A stretch of DNA of 64,000 nt from Candidatus Micrarchaeota archaeon (GTDB lineage: Archaea > Micrarchaeota > Micrarchaeia > Micrarchaeales > CABMGC01). Both the position numbers and the translations under genes were made by a program. Shown piece after piece: positions 55,400-64,000 of the stretch. The stretch is taken from positions 186,900 to 250,899 of the forward strand of contig JAWDMB010000001.1 of assembly GCA_046536795.1 (NCBI GenBank), given 5' to 3'. The notes beneath the pieces are model-generated. The model was not told where the DNA came from, did no database searches, and saw only the letters and a program-made list of their open reading frames with translations. Position 1 is the first letter of the stretch. Each line of letters begins with the position of its first letter.

Positions 55400-56035
55400 T
55401 TATTTTAGAAGCTTCTCTATCTCCTCTTGTGAAAGCTCCTTGTAACCATTTTTAGTTATTGTAACTATATTTGTTCTATCCCCTGTGGCAGCGTCTCTCT
55501 TCATAGCTATCTTCAGTGCTTTTGCAACAACCTTTGCAGCTTCTTGCACTGTAATATCCTTTCTATATACCTCTTCTAAGTAGCCGAGTGCTGTTAGCGA
55601 GCCAGATCCTGTAGATGCAAACTTAGATTCTTTAGTATAACCTCCAATCGCATCAATGCTATAGAGCTCTGGCGTCTCTTTGTTGAGGCCTCCTACAAGA
55701 AGCTGCACCAGAAATGGAAACATCTTGTTCTCCTGCAGTATTATATGTAGTATTGAGGTTGCAGAAGTCGGATTAAGCGGAACCTTCTCCTCCATCATAT
55801 AACTATCATTCTGCACTTTCAATAGTTTTGCAAGATATTCGGCACCCCCGACTTCTCCAGCTACAGTAAGACCAAGCTTATCATTAATTTTATAAATTTT
55901 TATTGCCTCAGAGCTTGCAATAAATGTATCCATCGTAGCTCTTGAATCAGCGCCCATCACAATTCCATCGCTGCATACTATGCCAATTGTTGTGGTACCT
56001 TTCATTGCCTTCTCTGCTATTTCCCTATAATTCAT
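55400..56035 (-). CDS. psmB: Proteasome beta subunit
   Basis: KG/TTTIG, ADSRAT, STGSGS, RDAATGD. Confidence 0.96.
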   Translation of the reverse strand: MNYREIAEKAMKGTTTIGIVCSDGIVMGADSRATMDTFIASSEAIKIYKINDKLGLTVAGEVGGAEYLAKLLKVQNDSYMMEEKVPLNPTSATSILHIILQENKMFPFLVQLLVGGLNKETPELYSIDAIGGYTKESKFASTGSGSLTALGYLEEVYRKDITVQEAAKVVAKALKIAMKRDAATGDRTNIVTITKNGYKELSQEEIEKLLK

Positions 56036-56089
56036 AAAATCTACCTTATTAAATAAAAATGCAGAATCAAGTAAAATATTCGTAAGGCT

Positions 56090-56335
56090 TCAAATTATTA
56101 ATGTTCCATTACCTATAAAATACTTATTACTTTCGTTTCTTTCTATGGGTTCTGCATATGCAAAAGTTCTATAGACTTTTGTTATTCTAACTTTATATAC
56201 TTTTCCTATTTTTGTTTTTGCGTTTCTTATAAAGATTACAAAGTTGTTTAGTCTGCCTATTCCTTCTCCATTTGGGTTCTTCGCGTCAACCTTTACTTCA
56301 TATAGTTCGCCCTCAGCCACACTTCCCTCTGCCAT
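56090..56335 (-). CDS. Single TRAM-domain protein
   Basis: GE.YEV, GEGIGR...FVIF, KVRITKV..TFAYAE. Confidence 0.88.
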   Translation of the reverse strand: MAEGSVAEGELYEVKVDAKNPNGEGIGRLNNFVIFIRNAKTKIGKVYKVRITKVYRTFAYAEPIERNESNKYFIGNGTLII

Positions 56336-56506
56336 ACTCCCACTCCACAAACATTATATCTAATATACTGGTGCCCACTCCGGATTTAAATTAGCGCCTA
56401 ATTTATATAAATCTTTTGTGCAAATTCGTTATCTGCTTATAATTTTTATACAAAAGGAAAGCGAGAAGAATTAAAAATTCTCTTTTCTTATTCTGTTTTA
56501 GTTTTT

Positions 56507-58057
56507 ATGAAGAATGAAAGTATAGGAAGGAGGAGCGTAAGAACATTATCCTCGTTACTTGTAGGGAGGGCTGGTGGTGTTATATTCAATGTAATCACAT
56601 TCATAATAGTCGCAAGGCTTCTTGGTCCATCCAACTATGGTATTTACACATTAGCTATAGGTATATATTCATTCATAGGGGCTGTCGGCCATCTCGGAAT
56701 AGGCACATATTTCAATAAGCACATATCTGAATACATATACAAAGAAAAATATGAAAAGCTAAACGGGGTCTTATCAACAGGATACTCTATTCTATTTCCC
56801 GTTGCATTTTTATTAATGCTAGTTGGTATTGTCTCAAGCGGACTGATTGTATCTTACTTTCGTTCCCAGTCACTGCATGTATTGACTGTAATTATTGCTT
56901 CAATTGTTTTATTCTTCTCCATGACTTACGGTGCTTTATATCCTGCACTTGTTAGCTTTGGGAGGGGCAAATGGGCTGCACATAGCATAATAATAGTACA
57001 GGTCGTTAATCTGGCAGGAAGTGTATTGTTCGTACTTCTTGGGCTAAGCTACAATGGTGCGCTTCTTGGGTCGCTGTTGGCTTACCTCGTTGGCTTGCTT
57101 TTGACAGCCTATTACATTAAAAGGGCGATGGAGCCCTTTGGTGGCCTAAGGTTTGTTAGACCTAGTTTTAGCAAAATTAAAAACGTGCTTTCTTTTTCTC
57201 TTCCTATAGCTGCCAACAACTTTGTAAACAACGGAATACTAAATTTTGGAATAATGATGTTGGGCGTATATGCCTCATCTGTCATACTTGGTAACTATGG
57301 TGCAGCAATGAAGGGGTTTAACCTTATTCAGATTTTCTATGGTACAACTTCGGTGGTGCTACTTTCTACATTTGCTGCTATAGTTGCAAGGGGTAAAAAA
57401 ATAGAAAGATCTTACAACAAGGTGATCTCATACTCTTTATTGGTAAGTCTCCCAGTAATAATATATATAGGCATATTTGCAAAGCCCCTATTCTACATAT
57501 TAGTTACTGATAAATATAATCTTGCTCCTTTATACTTGCTATTTATCTCTATTGGTGTTGCTATTGGCTTGCCTGCTTTGTATACATCAAGCTTCATAGT
57601 AAGTAAAGGTTATGTTACAAAAGTGCTAAAATACAATACAATTTCGGTAATCGTGCAATTAATGGCGCTTCTTTTATTAATTCCTTACTTAAAGGCTATG
57701 GGTGTAATATTGAGCCTCTTTATAATAGGGGGTTTAGTAAACGACTTTTTATTTATACGAGGGGTTGAAAATCTTTTCAACATAAGGCCCGCAATAATGC
57801 ATATAGCAAAGATATTTTTTGCAAATCTTATATTTGCGCTTATAATATTGCCTTTCCTTCTTTTGCATAATGTTTGGCTTATCTTAATCGTAGGATCAAT
57901 TATTGGCTTACTTGCATATCCTATAATCATTGGACTAATGCATTTGATAGGAAATGAGTTTATTAGAGATTTAAGAAATTTTTCTAAAGGCCTACCTTTA
58001 ATAGAAGGGCTTATTAATATTATAATTGATTATGTTAAACATTTCGTTAAATATTAG
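56507..58057 (+). CDS. MOP-family (Wzx-like) flippase
   Basis: ARLLGP..YG.Y and ..FSLP motifs; about 14 TM helices. Confidence 0.88.
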   Translation: MKNESIGRRSVRTLSSLLVGRAGGVIFNVITFIIVARLLGPSNYGIYTLAIGIYSFIGAVGHLGIGTYFNKHISEYIYKEKYEKLNGVLSTGYSILFPVAFLLMLVGIVSSGLIVSYFRSQSLHVLTVIIASIVLFFSMTYGALYPALVSFGRGKWAAHSIIIVQVVNLAGSVLFVLLGLSYNGALLGSLLAYLVGLLLTAYYIKRAMEPFGGLRFVRPSFSKIKNVLSFSLPIAANNFVNNGILNFGIMMLGVYASSVILGNYGAAMKGFNLIQIFYGTTSVVLLSTFAAIVARGKKIERSYNKVISYSLLVSLPVIIYIGIFAKPLFYILVTDKYNLAPLYLLFISIGVAIGLPALYTSSFIVSKGYVTKVLKYNTISVIVQLMALLLLIPYLKAMGVILSLFIIGGLVNDFLFIRGVENLFNIRPAIMHIAKIFFANLIFALIILPFLLLHNVWLILIVGSIIGLLAYPIIIGLMHLIGNEFIRDLRNFSKGLPLIEGLINIIIDYVKHFVKY

Positions 58058-58065
58058 GTTATATA

Positions 58066-59646
58066 ATGCCCGGATATGAAGGTAGCAATGCGACAGAGCT
58101 TGGCGTTAACAGCGCTAGCGTTGCTACTTTTATCGTTTTTAGCAAGGCTTTCTCAATAATAGTTGGTGGTTTAACATTCATAATAGTCGCAAGGCTTCTT
58201 GGTCCATCTGGCTACGGCATTTATACAATTGCAATGGGCATGGCCGGATTTATAGGTGCTTTTGGTAGCATAAGCATAGGTCAATACCTAAATAAATACA
58301 TACCAGAGCTCTCACTAAAAGGCGAGAAAGAAAGAATAAAAAATATGCTCGGCGTAGCGCTCTTAATAACACTAATAATAATCTTGGCTGTTGTTCTTGT
58401 AAGCTCCCTATTCATAAAGCAAATTCTCTACTACTTTTTCCACAGCACAGTAACTGATTCGGTGGTATACTTCTCAATGATATACCTTATATTCTCCACT
58501 CTTTTCGGTCTTGGTGGAAATATACTAATTAGCTTTGCTGATGGTAAAGGTAGTGCAATTGCGCAAGTAATAAATATATCGTTCCAAGCAGCTTTTAGCA
58601 TTTCTTTGGTTCTTCTTGGTTATGGTGCGCTCGGTGCAATCGTTGGATGCATGCTCGGCCTATTTTTCGGCTTTATATATCAGATCTTGAGAATTACAAA
58701 GCACAGTAGCATAAGATTTAGCAATGTAATTGGTGAAGCAAAAAGGATGCTAAGCTTTTCCATACCTTTAACAACCTCTAGCATAGTGGGTAGCCTTGTA
58801 AACAACTTTAGCGTGCTTTACCTTAGTATTTTCTTCCTTCCAAGTGTTGTTGGCCTTTATGGTGTTGCTTCCAAGATTGGTACATATATAGATCTTGTAA
58901 CAGGTTCTATAAGCGCTATATTAATACCTATGTTCTCAGCTGTTATAGCTAATAAAGAGATAAAAGAGAGGCTAGGTAAATTTTATAATTACTCAATCTA
59001 CTTTGGCCTACTTTTTGCAATACCTATAGTTATCTATATAGTAGTATTTTCAAACGCACTTGTAATCTCTGTTTTTACGAGCACATACAAGGGCACTTCA
59101 CTATATATGGCACTTATAGGTTTCGGCATACTTCTTGGTCTTTTGGCATCTTACGCATCTTTACTTGCTGTCAGCGCAGGTTATATTAAAAAAGTGTTTG
59201 AATACGGTATAGCAACAAGTGTGATTGAGTTAATATCTCTTCTAATACTAGTCCCGTTTCTTAGTGTAACCGGATTGATAATAGCGCTATATTATATTGG
59301 CGGCATTGTTGCTGATATTCTTTATCTCAATTTTATAAGGCGTGTTCTTAAAATAAAGATTCAGTTCAACTTCGTGGGCATAGTGGTTGCAAATCTCATC
59401 CTAGCAATTCTTTTCATACCTATTGTGCTTCTTGATATCAAAGCAACATACCAGCTGCTCCTTGGATTAATAGCGATTATATTTATCTATCCTATCCTTT
59501 TGGGTTTGTTTAATGCAATAAGCACGAAGGAGCTTGAACTTCTGAGAAAGGTTCTATATAAGCTTCCTGTAATAGGCCTTTGGCTTAGTGCAATTATAAT
59601 ATATGCCGAGCTTTTCCAGCGTGATAAGAATGAAAGAAAGTTTTGA
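58066..59646 (+). CDS. MOP-family (Wzx-like) flippase, tandem paralog
   Basis: ARLLGP.GYG.Y, LSFSIPL, VGLYGVA; about 14 TM helices. Confidence 0.88.
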   Translation: MPGYEGSNATELGVNSASVATFIVFSKAFSIIVGGLTFIIVARLLGPSGYGIYTIAMGMAGFIGAFGSISIGQYLNKYIPELSLKGEKERIKNMLGVALLITLIIILAVVLVSSLFIKQILYYFFHSTVTDSVVYFSMIYLIFSTLFGLGGNILISFADGKGSAIAQVINISFQAAFSISLVLLGYGALGAIVGCMLGLFFGFIYQILRITKHSSIRFSNVIGEAKRMLSFSIPLTTSSIVGSLVNNFSVLYLSIFFLPSVVGLYGVASKIGTYIDLVTGSISAILIPMFSAVIANKEIKERLGKFYNYSIYFGLLFAIPIVIYIVVFSNALVISVFTSTYKGTSLYMALIGFGILLGLLASYASLLAVSAGYIKKVFEYGIATSVIELISLLILVPFLSVTGLIIALYYIGGIVADILYLNFIRRVLKIKIQFNFVGIVVANLILAILFIPIVLLDIKATYQLLLGLIAIIFIYPILLGLFNAISTKELELLRKVLYKLPVIGLWLSAIIIYAELFQRDKNERKF

Positions 59647-60334
59647 GGAGATCACAGTCGTTCTTCCAACGCTTAACGAAAAAGGGACTATAGAAAAGCT
59701 CATAAATGCAATACTAAAGAATTATCCTAAAATAAAAATAATAGTTGCTGATGACAACTCAACCGACGGAACTATAGACATTGTTAAAAGGATAAGCTCA
59801 AAAAATAGGAATGTTAAGCTTTTAGAGCGAAAAGGAAGAAAGAAGGGTCTTACAGCAAGCGTGATCGATGGCATATTGGCTAGTAAAACTAAATATGTTA
59901 TAGTAATGGATGCCGACATGCAGCACCCATTTGAGGTTATAAAAGAGATAAAGAGGAAGTTTGATGAAGGCTATAATCTTGTTGTGGCCACAAGGGCAAG
60001 CGTAAAAAACTGGGCTTTGTATAGAAAGGTAATCTCGCGCTTACTTATATATGTTGGTTATCTTGTGCTTTATTTGAAAGGAAGTGCGCGGTGCAATGAC
60101 ATATTCTCCGGCTATTTTGGTATAAAGAAAGAGCTCTTTGAAAACGTATACAGAGCAAACGAGAGAAGGTTTGTTGGTGAAGGCTATAAAATCCTTTTCG
60201 ATTTCTTAAAGTGCATAAAGAGTGAAGATTTGAAAATTGCCGAAGTTCCTTATATATTTCATGTAAGAAGTGCTGGTTCATCAAAAGCGGGGTTAAAGCA
60301 AGGTATAGCTTTATTCAAGTCTTTCTTCTCATGA
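59630..60334 (+). CDS. GT2 polyprenol-phosphate glycosyltransferase (DPM1-like)
   Basis: VLPTLNE, DDNSTDGT, MDADMQHP, D..SG, R.AGSSK. Confidence 0.9.
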   Translation: MKESFEEITVVLPTLNEKGTIEKLINAILKNYPKIKIIVADDNSTDGTIDIVKRISSKNRNVKLLERKGRKKGLTASVIDGILASKTKYVIVMDADMQHPFEVIKEIKRKFDEGYNLVVATRASVKNWALYRKVISRLLIYVGYLVLYLKGSARCNDIFSGYFGIKKELFENVYRANERRFVGEGYKILFDFLKCIKSEDLKIAEVPYIFHVRSAGSSKAGLKQGIALFKSFFS

Positions 60335-61920
60335 TCGCCGCGTTTAGAAAACTCACAAAGAGTGGCGCGGGTTTTTCAACCTTCGATTTGAGTTCAGGAT
60401 GCGCTTGTGTACCTATTCCAAAGCTATCTTTCCATTCTACAATTTCAACAAGCTTATTGTCTGGCGTTAGGCCAGATATTACAAGTCCGTTCTTTTCAAG
60501 GATTCTTTTATAAGCATTATTTACCTCATACCTATGCCTATGCCTTTCCGATATTAACGTTTTATTATATGCTCTATATGCGATCGAATCCTTCTTTACT
60601 ATCTTACACTTCCAAGCGCCGAGCCTCATTGTTGCTCCTTTCATCTTTATTTTTCTCTGAGAGGGTATAAGGTCTACAACATTATACTTCGTTTTCTTGT
60701 TAAATTCTGTCGAGTTTGCGCCTTCTAAGCCGCACACATTTCTTGCATACTCTACAACCATGAGCTGCATGCCAAGGCAAAGGCCTAAGTAAGGTATTTT
60801 GTTCTCTCTCGCAAACCTTATCGCATTTATCTTACCCTCTATGCCTCTACTCCCAAAGCCACCTGGCACAATTATTCCTTCAACTCCTTCTAGCTTGCTT
60901 AAATCACCTTTTTCTAAATCACTTGATTCGATCCATCTTATATTAACTCCAGCATTAACAGCCGCACCCGCATGCACAAGTGCTTCCTTTACGCTAATAT
61001 AAGCATCTTTAAGCTCTGTATATTTGCCTACGATTGCTACCTCAACTTTCTTTTCTGGATTCTTTATTCTCTCAACAATCTCGCTCCACCTCTTGACCTT
61101 TTCTTTATCTAAGCTTCTTTTTTCTAAGCCAAGGTCGTTTATCAATAGCTTGTCAAAATTTTGCTTCATTAGGTGGAGAGGTAATTCATATATAGTTGCA
61201 AGGTCTGAATCATCTATTATTCTCTCAGGCTCCAGATTTGTATACATAGAGATCTTGTTTTTTTGTCTTTTCTGTAATCTGTTCCTCTGATCTGCAGAAT
61301 ATATAATCTGGAATTATACCACTTCCCATTATGGTTTTGAAAGCATACTGTGTGGGCTTTGTTTTTTGTTCCCCAACTACACCCAGCTTAGGTACATAAG
61401 TAACATTTACAAAGATTGTTTTATGCTTGAGTGCAAGCTGCCTCATTGCTTCAATAAAGTAGCTATTTTCAATATCTCCAACAGTTCCACCAACTTCTAT
61501 AACAAGCACATCAGGCTTATACTTTTTTGCAACATTCTCTACCTTTTCTATGATGAGGTTTGTAAGGTGTGGTATTATCTGTACATCCATACCTAGATAA
61601 TCCCCGCGCCTCTCCTTTGCTATTATCTCGCTGAAGAGCTTACCACCCGTTATAGAGAGATCGCCATTAAGATTTTTTCCCAGGAAGCGCTCATACATAC
61701 CAAAGTCCATGTCCACTTCGCTTTTGTCATCAAGAACGAAGACTTCGCCGTGTCTGTATGGATTCATTGTTCCGCAATCATAATTGAGATAGCCGTCAAA
61801 CTTAATCGGAATTACCTTATAGCCATAGAATGAGAGAACCTTCATTATAGAAGAAGTTGCGACACCTTTACCTAGGCCGCTCATCACGCTTCCAAGTACA
61901 ACAATAAATTTGGTTTGCAC
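60315..61920 (-). pseudogene. pyrG: CTP synthase split by a single frameshift at an A7 run (61258-61264); may be a sequencing error
   Basis: Synthetase half has G.VMSGLGKG, GTMNPY.HGEVFV and KTKPTQ. Glutaminase half has PGGFG.RG, GLCLGMQ, ERHRHRYEVN and HPE. The halves join if one A is removed. Confidence 0.9.
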
Positions 61921-62032
61921 ATAAATATTTCTATACAAAGTATAAAAATCTTTATCTGTCTTTTTGTTTCAATTTATACAACCTTTAAGAGATTTTTAGA
62001 AATCTTATTAATGTTTTGCTGAGCAATATACT

Positions 62033-62312
62033 TGCAGCAGGAAGGCGGGAAGCTAGGGGTTTCCCTTACCGCAAATCCCCTTAGGCGGGCCGAAAGCCGG
62101 CAGCGTAGTATATAGGTGCATAGGGCCTAGGCCGAAGCTATGAAGCTTTGCCTCTAGTGGTGGCCCTATATATGAACCGGGCCAGGCCGGAAGGAGCAAC
62201 CCTAAGTATATAGCGCAAGCGTACAAAGGGCTATGCTCTGGAGATACAGAGCAGAGCGGAAGCCTAGTAAACCTTATGCACTTATATATTTGCAAAGCCG
62301 GCTCCTGCTGCA
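62033..62312 (+). ncRNA. ffs: Signal recognition particle (7S) RNA
   Basis: Helix-8 motif GGGCCAGGCC-GGAA-GGAGCAACCC; terminal helix TGCAGCAGGA/TCCTGCTGCA; long helix 5; linked to tRNA-Ser. Confidence 0.9.
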
Positions 62313-62313
62313 T

Positions 62314-62415
62314 GCTGGGGTCGCCTAGTGGTAGGCCATTCCCACTAAAGGGCGGCAGCCTGCTAAGCTGTTTGGCCAGAAATGGCCTCCGTGGGTTCGA
62401 TTCCCACCCCCAGCG
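62314..62415 (+). tRNA. tRNA-Ser(GCT) with 16-nt D-loop intron at 20/21 (62333-62348)
   Basis: Acceptor GCTGGGG/CCCCAGC-G; anticodon arm GCAGC-CTGCTAA-GCTGT; long variable arm; BHB helix AGTG/CACT. Confidence 0.92.
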
Positions 62416-62588
62416 TTCAATTTTTGAACTTTTAAGCTAATGTAACTTGAAATACTATGGAATAGAAAATAAAGGAAAGTGGGCACTGAATTGCTGTGAT
62501 ACAATTAGAATATTGAAAAAGGCGTCTATAGATAATTTTAAATATGTAAGAGTACCTAATAGAAATTATAAGCTTTGCAGGCTACTAA

Positions 62589-64000
62589 ATGATTGACAAA
62601 ATATCTGCTTATAAAGGCTTTAAAAGGGGCAGAAAAGGCCAATCTACCTTAGAATACTTTCTTGTATATGGGTGGGCATTACTCCTTGCCTTGATCGTTG
62701 CAGTACTTCTCTATATATTTATATTTGCGCCGTCTGCAATTGCTCCAAATTCATGTTCCTTTGCATATGGTGCTTATTGCCAAGACATGATCCTTGGTTC
62801 AAACTCTATTTCTTCTAAAATCGCATTGTTTCTTACAAATACGCAGCAATACCCTATAATAAATCCGCAGGTTAGCATTAACATAAGCAATATAGGCACT
62901 GTAAATGGGAAGTGCCTGCCAAGCTATGTATTGCCAGGTGGAGCGATTATATGCAATGTAACAATGCCAATAAAAGCAATATCAACAGGCACACTGGTTT
63001 CTGGAAAACTTTATCTAAGTGCGATTCCATGCCCAAGCGGCAATATAACAACATGCACCTCCGGGCAAAGGCAAACATATGTTGGCAATTTCAATTCGCA
63101 CGCTGCTCCTTTGCTTGCTAGTACAACGCTTAGTATTAGTATAAGTGCAGCAAACTCAACAGCAACAATCGGCATACCTGATGAGCTAATTGCTACCGTT
63201 AAGCTCCTCGGCTACCCTATAAGCGGCGCTACAGTTAATTTTACTGCAAACAAGACAGTAAAGTTTAATCCTAGCGTAGCAACAACCGATAGCAGTGGCG
63301 ATGCCTCTACACAGCTTACAAGTCTTCAGCAAGGCAAGATAAAGGTCTATGCCTCATTCGGCAATGTATCTGCAAACACAACAATAAACTTCCTACAACC
63401 AGTATATATTACATTCAACACAAGCAAAATGTATAATACAGCACAAACAGTCTTAGTTGTCGATGGATCTCAGTATAGCTACATTAATCTTCCTGTTACC
63501 TTTGCATATGCTCAGAATAGCAAACATACATACGCTTTTTATTCACCAATCCAGCAGGGCAGTGCTGGCAATGCAAGATATGTTTATTATTCTATTTCAG
63601 GATGTGGTTTACATGCTCAGAAAGGTGTGCTGATAGCAAGATATAATTGCACAGTAACAGCAACATATAAACCGCAGTATTTTCTTTCAATAGTTGTAAA
63701 TCCAAGTGGTGCAGGCTTTACAATTCCTCCACCGTGGGGAAACAATTGGTATTACCCTAGTAGTTTGGTCTATATAATTGCACTGCCAGCGCATGAATAT
63801 ATTTTCCAGGGTTGGGCGGGCACAGGTAATGGTAGTTACACAGGAAACCGTATAATAGCAACAGTTGTAATGAATAGTCCGATAACAGAACAGGCCAACT
63901 TCTACTCTACCACATCAACAACCTCGACAACGACCTCTTCAATATCAACGACAAAGAGAACAACTTCTGTAACAACATCTAAGACGACATCATTAACATC
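62589..64000 (+). CDS. Large class III signal-peptide surface protein with Ig-like modules and Thr-rich region; truncated by window end and absent from the ORF track
   Basis: MIDKISAYKGFKRGRKG/QSTLEYFLVYGW; Big_1-like GYPISGATVNFT..ATTDSSGDA; B-repeat-like YIFQGWAGTGNGSYTG; T/S-rich end. Confidence 0.8.
   Translation, partial: MIDKISAYKGFKRGRKGQSTLEYFLVYGWALLLALIVAVLLYIFIFAPSAIAPNSCSFAYGAYCQDMILGSNSISSKIALFLTNTQQYPIINPQVSINISNIGTVNGKCLPSYVLPGGAIICNVTMPIKAISTGTLVSGKLYLSAIPCPSGNITTCTSGQRQTYVGNFNSHAAPLLASTTLSISISAANSTATIGIPDELIATVKLLGYPISGATVNFTANKTVKFNPSVATTDSSGDASTQLTSLQQGKIKVYASFGNVSANTTINFLQPVYITFNTSKMYNTAQTVLVVDGSQYSYINLPVTFAYAQNSKHTYAFYSPIQQGSAGNARYVYYSISGCGLHAQKGVLIARYNCTVTATYKPQYFLSIVVNPSGAGFTIPPPWGNNWYYPSSLVYIIALPAHEYIFQGWAGTGNGSYTGNRIIATVVMNSPITEQANFYSTTSTTSTTTSSISTTKRTTSVTTSKTTSLT

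Noticed and set aside
62053-62313. 86-aa minus-strand ORF
   Set aside because: Antisense to the SRP RNA.
1-64000. CRISPR array, intact transposase or integrase, provirus, stop-codon recoding
   Set aside because: No regularly spaced repeats or such ORFs were seen. TAA, TAG and TGA all end conserved genes at the expected positions.

Overview
Core chromosomal segment of a small-genome archaeon, most likely DPANN/Micrarchaeota. This assignment is inferred from split rpoA/rpoB, GatDE, tRNAs with non-canonical introns and several 'Q-S-x-x-E-Y-L-x-x-YGW' class III signal-peptide surface proteins. The window is gene-dense. It holds RNA polymerase genes, ribosomal-protein operons, dnaK-dnaJ-grpE, MCM, RFC, topA, Met/Cys/Ile tRNA synthetases, KEOPS, two beta-CASP RNases, proteasome genes, glycosylation genes, a frameshifted pyrG, six tRNAs and SRP RNA. 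Main observations: (1) the RNA polymerase active centre is remodelled (NADFDGD is GADFDGD, with a divergent bridge helix and trigger loop); (2) a tRNA-Pro has an A34 anticodon (AGG) and two T-arm introns; (3) three copies of a ~45-50 bp IS200/IS605-derived hairpin element each abut a gene's stop codon, and there is an orphan TnpB omega-RNA-like remnant; (4) the SRP RNA appears to lack helix 6; (5) two genes probably start at ATA; (6) IleRS has atypical signature motifs. No CRISPR array or intact transposase was seen. All calls come from reading the sequence by eye; no searches were run.
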